The position numbers and the translations under genes were made by a program. The notes beneath the pieces are model-generated. The model had not been told where the DNA came from. It made no database searches and saw nothing but the letters and a program-made list of their open reading frames with translations. From a virus (taxonomy: Duplodnaviria > Caudoviricetes), in IMG/VR virus record IMGVR_UViG_3300030330_000436, positions 1 to 52,876 of that record: a stretch of 52,876 nucleotides of DNA. One strand, given 5' to 3'. Shown here piece after piece: positions 45,047-52,876 of this stretch; position 1 is the stretch's first letter; every line of letters begins with the position of its first letter.

Positions 45047-45994
45047 ATGGCTTTTACTCGCGCTGGTGGTTATCAGAATCTACCGTCAGGTAATTTTGTA
45101 CCCACTATTTTCAGCCAAAAAGTTCTCAAGTTTTTCCGTCGTGCGTCGGTTGCTGAAGCGATTACCAACACCGACTACGCTGGAGAAATTGAAAACTTTG
45201 GCGATACTGTGAACATTATCAAAGAACCTGCAATTACGGTTCGCGATTATGCTCGCGGTACTACCGTGAATACGGAAGACCTGTCTGACGATCAAATTCA
45301 GTTGACCGTCGATCAGGGCAACTACTTTGCTTTCAAAGTTGACGACATCGAAGAGCGTCACAGCCACCTCAACTTTGAGGCGCTGGCTACTTCGTCTGGT
45401 GCGTACAGCTTGAAGAAAGCTTTCGACTACAACGTTCTCAAGAACATTTACGACAACGCCGCTGCTTCGTCCGGTACGCTGAATACGCAAGGCACTTCAG
45501 CTAACACGGGTGATGAGGTTGCTGATCTCGTTGCACAAGCTGCTCGTAATCTTGACGAGAACGACGTTCCAGAAGAAAACCGTTGGCTTGTGGCTCCTCC
45601 GCAGTTCTACGAAGTACTGCGTGGCGCATCGTCCAAAATTATGGATGCGTCTGTCACGGGTGCAGGTTCTCCGCTTCTGAACGGCAAAGTTACGGACAGG
45701 CCGCTTCACGGTTTTGATCTGTATCAAACTAATGCGATTGCAGTTGGCTCCACGGGTTCGGCAGCTTCGCACACTTTTGGCTCATCTTCTTCAAGTGGTC
45801 AGACGCTTATTCTGTACGGGCATAAGAGCGCGGTCGTTACGGCTTCGCACATTGCCAAGACGGAAGTGATTCGCGATCCCGATAGCTTCGCTGACGTTGT
45901 TCGTGGCCTTCACGTTTTCGGACGTAAGGTTCTCAAGGGCAGCGGCACGGGCTTCAAGGGCGTGTTCAAGGGTCTGATGGACTTGGATAGTTAA
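45047..45994 (+). CDS. Major capsid protein
   Basis: NFVPTIFSQKVL...ITNTDYAGEI...GDTVNI...LDENDVPEENRW...RDPDSFADVVRGLHVFG, with codon bias suggesting high expression. Confidence 0.9.
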   Translation: MAFTRAGGYQNLPSGNFVPTIFSQKVLKFFRRASVAEAITNTDYAGEIENFGDTVNIIKEPAITVRDYARGTTVNTEDLSDDQIQLTVDQGNYFAFKVDDIEERHSHLNFEALATSSGAYSLKKAFDYNVLKNIYDNAAASSGTLNTQGTSANTGDEVADLVAQAARNLDENDVPEENRWLVAPPQFYEVLRGASSKIMDASVTGAGSPLLNGKVTDRPLHGFDLYQTNAIAVGSTGSAASHTFGSSSSSGQTLILYGHKSAVVTASHIAKTEVIRDPDSFADVVRGLHVFGRKVLKGSGTGFKGVFKGLMDLDS

Positions 45995-46009
45995 GGGGAG
46001 GACTAGAAC

Positions 46010-46483
46010 ATGGCTACTTATACTATTACGGGCGGTGGTTCTACGGGTATCTCCGCAAATGCTGTAGACGTTAAAGTTCTCAGTGTTGTCGTGGACTTTA
46101 GCTCTACGACGAACGCTTCGGGGGATGTCTTTGAATGCATTGAACTTCCTGCCAATACGTATGTCGTTACTGCCGGACTCGAGGTAATGACTGCTGACAC
46201 GGCAGGAAATAGTGGTACGGTGTCGTTGGGTGACGGTGATGATGTTGACCGTTACGTTTCGGCTCAGACCATTGCAAACACCAACCTTGTTCCAATTCGC
46301 GCTCAAGCGGGTGCGGGTTCGCAAGGTACTACGTCGATTGGCTACGGTAACTATACCGCTGCTGACACGATTGACATTGTGGTTGGAACGGGAGCGATTA
46401 ACGCTGTTGTTCGCGTGTTTGCCATCGTTGCTGACTATGACGGGCTTGGTGGAAACGAAGCTCAGAAGGTCACCTTCGCTTAA
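46010..46483 (+). CDS. Putative capsid decoration/minor capsid protein
   Basis: Beta-rich 157 aa directly after the capsid gene, strong GGAGG SD, followed by a terminator. Confidence 0.6.
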   Translation: MATYTITGGGSTGISANAVDVKVLSVVVDFSSTTNASGDVFECIELPANTYVVTAGLEVMTADTAGNSGTVSLGDGDDVDRYVSAQTIANTNLVPIRAQAGAGSQGTTSIGYGNYTAADTIDIVVGTGAINAVVRVFAIVADYDGLGGNEAQKVTFA

Positions 46484-46492
46484 TATATGTTT

Positions 46493-46527
46493 AGTGAGAG
46501 AGAGGGCTTTTCTTCTCTCTCACTTTA
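46493..46527 (+). terminator. Hairpin terminator after the capsid genes
   Basis: AGTGAGAGAGAGG-gcttt-TCTTCTCTCTCACT followed by TT. Confidence 0.65.
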
Positions 46528-46551
46528 CATACTTTCAATATAGGGAAAATA

Positions 46552-47610
46552 ATGGCTACTTTTTTACAACTAACAAATAGAATACTTAACGAACTAAATG
46601 AGCCTGAACTTACTTCAAGCAACTTTTCTAGTTCGCGAGGCATTCAAACTGTTGCAAAGAATATGGTAAATAAAAGTATTCACGATATTTACAATTCTGA
46701 AGTACAGTGGCCTTTCCTTCATAGCGATCAAACAGATGGGCTTACGGCAGGAACACAAGAGTATGGTTTTCAGTCTGATGCTCGACAAGCCAACATGAAT
46801 ACTTTTGTATTAATACCGTCTAATTTAATTACAAACGGTACTTTTACATCAAACATCACTAGCTGGAGTACTACTTCAGGAAGTCCTGCTAACGCTTCTG
46901 AACGTCTACGTCTTAATAACGCTGGGGCTGAACAGTCTATTAGCACAGTCGTAAACAAAGAGTACGTTCTTAGGTGTCGTACGTTTGGTGGAGATATTAC
47001 ACTAAACATTGGTACAGGGTCTGGTGGCACTCAGATATCCACACAGACACTATCCATCTCAAACTTAGGAGATGGTGAGTTTCATACGGTTACCTTTACA
47101 GCTACTACTACTTCTACATTTATAGGTTTTTCTAACTCTGCTTCTGCAAACTACGACGTAGATAGTGTGGAGGTATCTGAAAATATATCTCCTCGCAAGC
47201 TTGTATTTCTTTCTTACAATGAGTGGCTAGACAAGTTTTCTGATCGTGATCTCAATCCTACAGACACAGATCAGTTTGGCATACCATACTATGTATATGA
47301 AACATTTGATGACAAGTACGGACTTACACCTATACCTGATAGAGGCACGTTAAGTGTGCGTTATGAATATTATAAAACACACACTGATCTTTCAGCGCAC
47401 GGTGACAGTCCTGATCTACCCTCACGTTACGATGATGTAATTGTAAACCGTGGTAAATATTATTGCCACATATTACGAGCAAATGTACCTGCTGCACAGT
47501 TATCTGAAAAGGACTACAAAGAAGGTTTAGCTCGTATGCGTATCGAACTTATTAACACAAAAGATTATTTCTACCCAGCAGGAATGAGGCTTTATAATAC
47601 AACGCCATGA
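46552..47610 (+). CDS. Head-tail adaptor / tail tubular protein A-like, with an inserted beta-sandwich domain
   Basis: TFLQLTNRILNELNE...WPF and PIPD...YEYY...PDLPSRYDDVIV flank a CBM-like insert (NLITNGTF). Confidence 0.7.
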   Translation: MATFLQLTNRILNELNEPELTSSNFSSSRGIQTVAKNMVNKSIHDIYNSEVQWPFLHSDQTDGLTAGTQEYGFQSDARQANMNTFVLIPSNLITNGTFTSNITSWSTTSGSPANASERLRLNNAGAEQSISTVVNKEYVLRCRTFGGDITLNIGTGSGGTQISTQTLSISNLGDGEFHTVTFTATTTSTFIGFSNSASANYDVDSVEVSENISPRKLVFLSYNEWLDKFSDRDLNPTDTDQFGIPYYVYETFDDKYGLTPIPDRGTLSVRYEYYKTHTDLSAHGDSPDLPSRYDDVIVNRGKYYCHILRANVPAAQLSEKDYKEGLARMRIELINTKDYFYPAGMRLYNTTP

Positions 47611-49100
47611 CACAAGAAATAACCTCAAGTATTGTTACGACTTCGGGAGGTCTTATTTTAGATCAGGATGTATATTCCATGCCACCCGGAGCAGCTACAA
47701 AATTACAAAACTTTGAACCGTCTGTATTGGGCGGTTATCGCCGTCTAAGCGGAACAGAAAAGTATTCTTCTAGCCAGCCAAACGGAACAAATACTGTTCA
47801 AGGTGTGTTTATTTATAAGGAACGTGTTTATGCTGTTTCTGGAGGAAGCTTAGTATACGGAACTGGAAGTTCTTGGACAAGCCTGACAACAGGTCTATCC
47901 TCTTCAGCAAGAGTGTACTTTGAAAGATACAACTACGAAAATACTGAAAAGGTAATCTTTGTAAACGGGTCTGACGCTCCGAGAGTAGTTAATGATACTT
48001 CTGTATCTACCATATCTGAAAGTTCTGTAAGTGGTGCTAAGTTTGTAGCGTCTTTTAGAGAACATATGTTTTATGCAGGAATGTCGGGTACACCTCAAGA
48101 ACTTGTATTTTCTGCACCGTTTAACGAAGATGATTTTAATTCAGGAAATGGTGCAGGATCAATCAAAGTTGATGATGCTATTACAGGATTAAAAGTATTC
48201 CGCGATAGCCTGTTTATATTTTGCCAAGATCGTATATTTAAAATTACTGGTAGTACAGTATCGTCTTTTGCAGTAGCTTCAGTCTCTCGTACTTTAGGAT
48301 GTCTTGATGGGTTCAGCATTCAGGAAATAGGAGGTGATCTCGTTTTTCTAGGCCCAGACGGTATTCGTACAGTTCAAGGTACAGCGCGTATCGGTGATAC
48401 AGAACTTGGTGTTATTTCTAAACCTATTCAACGTAGATTTCAAAACATTATTTTAGACAGAATTTCTTCTGTAGTCATACGAGACAAAAGTCAGTACAGA
48501 ATTTTCACTCCTTCGTCTGGCGGTGTAGAGTCTGCATCTCCCGGCATTATCGGAGTTATTAAAGGTAATCCACAAGGCCAAGTAGGTTGGGAGTGGTCTG
48601 ACATACGTGGCATTAAACCTTCTTGCTCAGACTCACAGTTTATTAACGATGATGAGTTGGTCGTGCATGGAGGTTTTGACGGATATATATACAAGCAAGA
48701 ATCTGGAAATACTTTTGCGGGTACAAATATTCAAGCCAGCTACCGCTCTCCTGATCTGACATTAGGTGATGCGGGTATTCGTAAAAACATGCAACGCATT
48801 AACGTTAACTACGATGCAGAAGGATCAGTCGCTCTTTCGCTTGGCGTAAAGTTTGATTTTGAAGACCCTGCAACTCCACAACCAGCAGACTATTCTCTTA
48901 CTACACAAAGCACACAAGCCATCTACGGCTCTGCTTTGTATGGTACAGGTGTTTACGGTTCTGACGGTTTTCCAATTATACGACAATCTATAGAGGGCAG
49001 CGGATTTACTGCTGTTGTGAAAATAGATGATATTTCAAGCAATCCTCCAATCACACTTAAAGGTTTTCAACTAGAGTTCACACCGGGAACAAGGATGTAA
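47607..49100 (+). CDS. Tail nozzle/stabilisation protein (tubular protein B-like)
   Basis: GGL...PGAATKLQNFEPSVLGGYRR and GC...SIQEIGGDLVFLGPDGIR. Position fits. Confidence 0.75.
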   Translation: MTQEITSSIVTTSGGLILDQDVYSMPPGAATKLQNFEPSVLGGYRRLSGTEKYSSSQPNGTNTVQGVFIYKERVYAVSGGSLVYGTGSSWTSLTTGLSSSARVYFERYNYENTEKVIFVNGSDAPRVVNDTSVSTISESSVSGAKFVASFREHMFYAGMSGTPQELVFSAPFNEDDFNSGNGAGSIKVDDAITGLKVFRDSLFIFCQDRIFKITGSTVSSFAVASVSRTLGCLDGFSIQEIGGDLVFLGPDGIRTVQGTARIGDTELGVISKPIQRRFQNIILDRISSVVIRDKSQYRIFTPSSGGVESASPGIIGVIKGNPQGQVGWEWSDIRGIKPSCSDSQFINDDELVVHGGFDGYIYKQESGNTFAGTNIQASYRSPDLTLGDAGIRKNMQRINVNYDAEGSVALSLGVKFDFEDPATPQPADYSLTTQSTQAIYGSALYGTGVYGSDGFPIIRQSIEGSGFTAVVKIDDISSNPPITLKGFQLEFTPGTRM

Positions 49101-49105
49101 TAAAA

Positions 49106-51139
49106 ATGGGTACAGCGTATTCAGCAAGACAAAGCTCTTACAGTGATGGCGACACTATCGATGCCGCAGATTCTAATGATGAATTTAATGCCATTCTAAG
49201 TGCTTTTGGTACAAGTGGTCACACGCATGATGGGACTGATGGTGAAGGCGGCAACGTTACTGCGCTTCGCGGACATGCTTTGACGTTTGGTCTAGGTACG
49301 GCAGGAACTGATGTTGTACTGACGTTTGACGGTGAGACTAGTGATGGTGTGCTTTCTTGGATGGAAGATGAGGATCACTTTAAGTTTGATGATGATGTTA
49401 AAATTATTGATGATAAAAATATAATTTTAGGAACTAACGATGACATCACTATAAAATATGATGAAACTACAAATAACTCTCTAGAGATTGCAGCAAACGT
49501 AGAAGGCGCTGCTTTGGGCGTAGTTCTGAAAGCAGATCAAGGTGATGACGCTGGCGATGAATGGAAACTTAATATTGCTGATGGAGGAACGCTTACACTA
49601 GGTAATGATATAAACAGTGCAGGTACGTATGTAACGCATATGACCTTAACTCCTAACGCTACTGTAGCTAACTCTACGGCAGCGTTTGCAGGAAACGTTA
49701 CAGTTGCAAATGCTCTATCTATCGGTGGAACAGCTTTAACAGTTACAGGCGCAGAGCTTAACATCGTAGATGGAGGAACCTCTGCAACCGCTACGACAGT
49801 TGCGGATGCTGACCGTGTTGTATTTAACGACGGTGGCACCATGAAGCAGGTCGCTGTTACAGACCTAGCAGCGTACTTTGACGATGAAATTACAGCAATG
49901 CCTAACCTTACATCTGTAGGCACTCTAACAACTCTTACTGTAGACAATGTAATTATTAACGGAACCACAATCGGTCATACAGGAGATACAGACCTGATGA
50001 CTGTAGCCAGTGGTGTTCTTACAGTTGCTGGTGAGGTCTCCATGACCACGCTAGACATTGGAGGTACAAACGTAACCTCTACTGCTGCTGAGATTAATCT
50101 TCTTGACGGTGGAACGTCTGTAGGTGGTTCGATCACAATTGCAGACTCTGACGGGTTTATTATAAATGACGGTGGAACTATGAAGACAATTCCAGCGTCT
50201 GACATTAAGACCTATGCTGCAACTACTACTGCTGCTGATGACATTGCTGCTGGTGATGCTGCAATTAATCTTACGACTACTTCTGGCAATATCACCATCG
50301 ATGCTCAAGGTAACGATACAGACATCATACTGAAGGGTACAGACGGTAGTTCTGACACAACGTTCTTAACGATTGACGGTAGTGACGCTGGCACAGCTTC
50401 GTTTAATCACGATGTAAAACTAGCTTCTGACGCTTCTATTTTAGGGTTTGGTGCGGACAATGATGTAACTCTTACACACGTACACGATACAGGGCTTCTT
50501 CTTAACGGCACGATGGCTCTTCAGTTTAATGATGCTTCACAGTCTATTAACGCTCCAAGTGCTACTGTTCTAGATATTAATGCTACTGACGAAGTAGAAG
50601 TCAACGCTACTTTGATGGACGTAAACGCAAACCTAGATGTTTCGGGTACGTACACTGGTGGCGGCACAATGACCACTGGTGGCAATATTGTAATACCAAA
50701 TGCTGGCACGATTGGCAGTGCGTCTGATACTGATGCTATAGCAATTACATCAGGAGGTAACATTGGTATTAATACAACATCTCCTGCAAAGAAGCTTTCA
50801 GTTAACGGTCCTGCACTAGCAACAATTAGTGCGCTTACAGACGGTTCTACAATTACACCTGACTTTGATACTGCACAAAATTTTTCTGTAACTTTAGGTG
50901 GAAATCGTACACTTGCAAACCCAAATAATATTGACGCTGGACAAACTGGCTCTATATTTGTTACGCAGGACGGAACAGGTAGTCGTACACTTGCTTTTGG
51001 TAATAAGTTTGCGTTTGCTGGTGGAACTGCACCTACGCTAACGACTACAGCATCGGCTGTAGATCGTATTGACTACATTGTTATGAGTTCTTCAATTATA
51101 CATGCTGTTGTATCACTTGACGTAAAGGTGCCTTCGTAG
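49106..51139 (+). CDS. Tail fibre protein
   Basis: N-terminal RQSSYSDGDTIDAA.SNDEFN...GHTHDGT anchor, Thr/Gly/Asp repeats and C-terminal VTLGGNRTLANP...QDGTGSRTL domain. Confidence 0.8.
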   Translation: MGTAYSARQSSYSDGDTIDAADSNDEFNAILSAFGTSGHTHDGTDGEGGNVTALRGHALTFGLGTAGTDVVLTFDGETSDGVLSWMEDEDHFKFDDDVKIIDDKNIILGTNDDITIKYDETTNNSLEIAANVEGAALGVVLKADQGDDAGDEWKLNIADGGTLTLGNDINSAGTYVTHMTLTPNATVANSTAAFAGNVTVANALSIGGTALTVTGAELNIVDGGTSATATTVADADRVVFNDGGTMKQVAVTDLAAYFDDEITAMPNLTSVGTLTTLTVDNVIINGTTIGHTGDTDLMTVASGVLTVAGEVSMTTLDIGGTNVTSTAAEINLLDGGTSVGGSITIADSDGFIINDGGTMKTIPASDIKTYAATTTAADDIAAGDAAINLTTTSGNITIDAQGNDTDIILKGTDGSSDTTFLTIDGSDAGTASFNHDVKLASDASILGFGADNDVTLTHVHDTGLLLNGTMALQFNDASQSINAPSATVLDINATDEVEVNATLMDVNANLDVSGTYTGGGTMTTGGNIVIPNAGTIGSASDTDAIAITSGGNIGINTTSPAKKLSVNGPALATISALTDGSTITPDFDTAQNFSVTLGGNRTLANPNNIDAGQTGSIFVTQDGTGSRTLAFGNKFAFAGGTAPTLTTTASAVDRIDYIVMSSSIIHAVVSLDVKVPS

Positions 51140-51140
51140 A

Positions 51141-52876
51141 ATGGTATTTCAAAATAATTTGCTGGCTGGAGTTTCTGGAGCTACTGGCACAACACCGTTT
51201 GACACAACTCTGATTGGCAATTCAGCTTGGTTTAACGGTACTGATTCGCGAATGGACAGTCCGTCATTTTCAGCACAGGTTGACCCTACTTGTTTTACTT
51301 TTGCAACTTGGGTTAAGATAAATTCTTTTTCGGTTACCAATGGGCAATACATTTGGTCAGCAGAGAGAAGCGGAAATTATGCAGCAATAGGTTTTGATGC
51401 AAATGATAAACTATTTGCGTATTCTAATCCTGCCACATTTACCAGCGATATGGTGTTTAGGGATATAGGCTGGTATCACATTATCTGTTCCTACAAGGGT
51501 GCAGCAAACACTGTTCGTATGTTTGTGAATGGTGTTGAAATTACAAATACAGCATCTAATACACTCGCATCACCAAACCCTGAACCTGTTGCACATTCTC
51601 ATACACAACGTATTGGAGCATATTATGTAGGTGCTACTGGTGGAGATTTATACGAAACAGATGCATACTTAGCCCAGACTGTTTTCTTGGATGGTTTTAG
51701 TTTTCAAGATGGTGATATCAGTGTTACTGACTTTCTTGACACATTTACTTTTGGCACAAACGGTTCTCAGTTTATTCCCAAAAAAGATTCTGAATTAGCT
51801 ACACTTGCTGGCACTGCTGGCGCTAACAGCTATGTTTTGGACTATGCAGATAGTTCTGCTTTAGGTAACGATATTAGCAGCAAAGATAATAATTTTACTC
51901 TCACAAATTTGAGCAGTGCTAATCAATCTGAAAGCACACCTAGTAATACCTATGCAACTTGGAACCCTATTTTTGGCCCGTTTGCAGGACATACTCACAC
52001 AGCAACATTGACAGAAGGAAATCTAAGACTGGCAAGCTCAACGAGTAATTACAGCGTCACTACAAGCTCACTGGCGATGCCTGCGGGGTCTGGGAAATTT
52101 GCAGCAAAATTTACAGTCAACACTCTTGGCGGTATTTATCCAGTCATCGGTGTTTTTGACATGGACGGCGACACAACAAGTTCTTTTACAGGTTCTAGTG
52201 ATAGCGTTGGACTAAGAATGGATGGACAAAAGTATGTAGATGGTTCTTCTTCAAGTTATGGTTCAGCAGTTTCAGCAGGTAATACAGTTGAGGTTGAACT
52301 TGATTTGGATAATAATACTGTTGAATTTCTAATCAACGGATCAGCGCAAGGAACTATTAGTAAAACATTTACTGGAACTGTTGTCTTTATGGTGCAAGAC
52401 GGTAGTAACGGAAGCGCAATCGATGTTACAGCGGAGTTTGATTATACTCCAGATGACTCAAGTTTTAAAACTTTAAACACTGCAAATCTTACCGCACCAG
52501 ACTATCAAGGAATAGACTACTTTGATGCTACTATCTATGAAGGTAACGGCGCTGGGCAAAGAGTAGGTGATTTTGTTCCGTTTACAGATGTAGGAACAAT
52601 TACAAAATCATTTTTATGTGATGGTAATACAAATAGCGGCACAACTGATTTAACTATTAGTACCAGCGTATCCACTGCACCTACTGACGTACAAGTTAAA
52701 ACTTTATCTTTTTGGATAAAGCCAGTAAGTGTAAGGGAACAGCATGTTTATAATGCAAGTACAGATGCTACTGATAGCACAGATAGTTCTGAAAGAATTT
52801 ATATTGCAACTAATGGTGAAGTTGCCTATCAAACAAGACAAACTGGCAGTGCTGTAGCACTTGCATACACAGCAGG
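51141..52876 (+). CDS. LamG/SPRY tail protein, 3' truncated (not in ORF track)
   Basis: ATG 51141 MVFQNNLLAG...FTFATWVK...FRDIGWYHI...TLTEGNL. No stop seen before the window end. Probably the same gene as 1-1590. Confidence 0.75.
   Translation, partial: MVFQNNLLAGVSGATGTTPFDTTLIGNSAWFNGTDSRMDSPSFSAQVDPTCFTFATWVKINSFSVTNGQYIWSAERSGNYAAIGFDANDKLFAYSNPATFTSDMVFRDIGWYHIICSYKGAANTVRMFVNGVEITNTASNTLASPNPEPVAHSHTQRIGAYYVGATGGDLYETDAYLAQTVFLDGFSFQDGDISVTDFLDTFTFGTNGSQFIPKKDSELATLAGTAGANSYVLDYADSSALGNDISSKDNNFTLTNLSSANQSESTPSNTYATWNPIFGPFAGHTHTATLTEGNLRLASSTSNYSVTTSSLAMPAGSGKFAAKFTVNTLGGIYPVIGVFDMDGDTTSSFTGSSDSVGLRMDGQKYVDGSSSSYGSAVSAGNTVEVELDLDNNTVEFLINGSAQGTISKTFTGTVVFMVQDGSNGSAIDVTAEFDYTPDDSSFKTLNTANLTAPDYQGIDYFDATIYEGNGAGQRVGDFVPFTDVGTITKSFLCDGNTNSGTTDLTISTSVSTAPTDVQVKTLSFWIKPVSVREQHVYNASTDATDSTDSSERIYIATNGEVAYQTRQTGSAVALAYTA

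Noticed and set aside
465-51352. Numerous antisense and nested ORFs in the six-frame track
   Set aside because: They are shadows of well-supported genes on the other strand or frame, with no SD or motifs.
52860-52876. Exact circular closure of the contig
   Set aside because: There is no terminal overlap, and joining end to start breaks the tail-gene reading frame.
51141-52876. Diversity-generating retroelement acting on the tail gene
   Set aside because: No reverse transcriptase and no template/variable repeat pair seen.
1-52876. tRNA or rRNA genes
   Set aside because: No cloverleaf with a T-loop GTTCRA and acceptor stem was found in the intergenic regions by eye.

Overview
This is a near-complete genome of a lytic, podovirus-like tailed dsDNA phage. 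The gene content suggests a marine or aquatic host, probably an Alphaproteobacterium (inference). No phage RNA polymerase is visible. The contig is opened inside a LamG/SPRY tail gene that runs off the right end and appears to resume at base 1 after a gap. There are three transcriptional blocks. (1) Late module, + strand, ~30150-52876 continuing at 1-14129: Hsp20, TerS, small basic proteins, TerL, portal, M15A peptidase, scaffold, capsid, tail, internal virion proteins and holins. (2) Replication module, - strand, 14090-24268: class II RNR, endonuclease I, primase-helicase, Cas4-like nuclease, SSB, PolA and a DenV-like glycosylase. (3) Early module, + strand, 24353-29419, ending in a GC-richer arm with DUF932 next to a probable genome terminus at ~29750. 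The most unusual signals are: a tyrosine-recombinase core inside an 805-aa protein between TerL and portal; a ~365-nt modular structured-RNA cassette between ssb and the Cas4-like nuclease; three translationally coupled genes sharing a C-terminal peptide tag; a strand-polar TTTTGTCAA motif in 16-bp-spaced clusters beside a (CGGCT)11 tract; a degenerate Hint domain; tandem RNA operator-like hairpins before the scaffold gene; and codon-level avoidance of CCWGG. All calls are by eye from motifs and synteny; no database searches were run.
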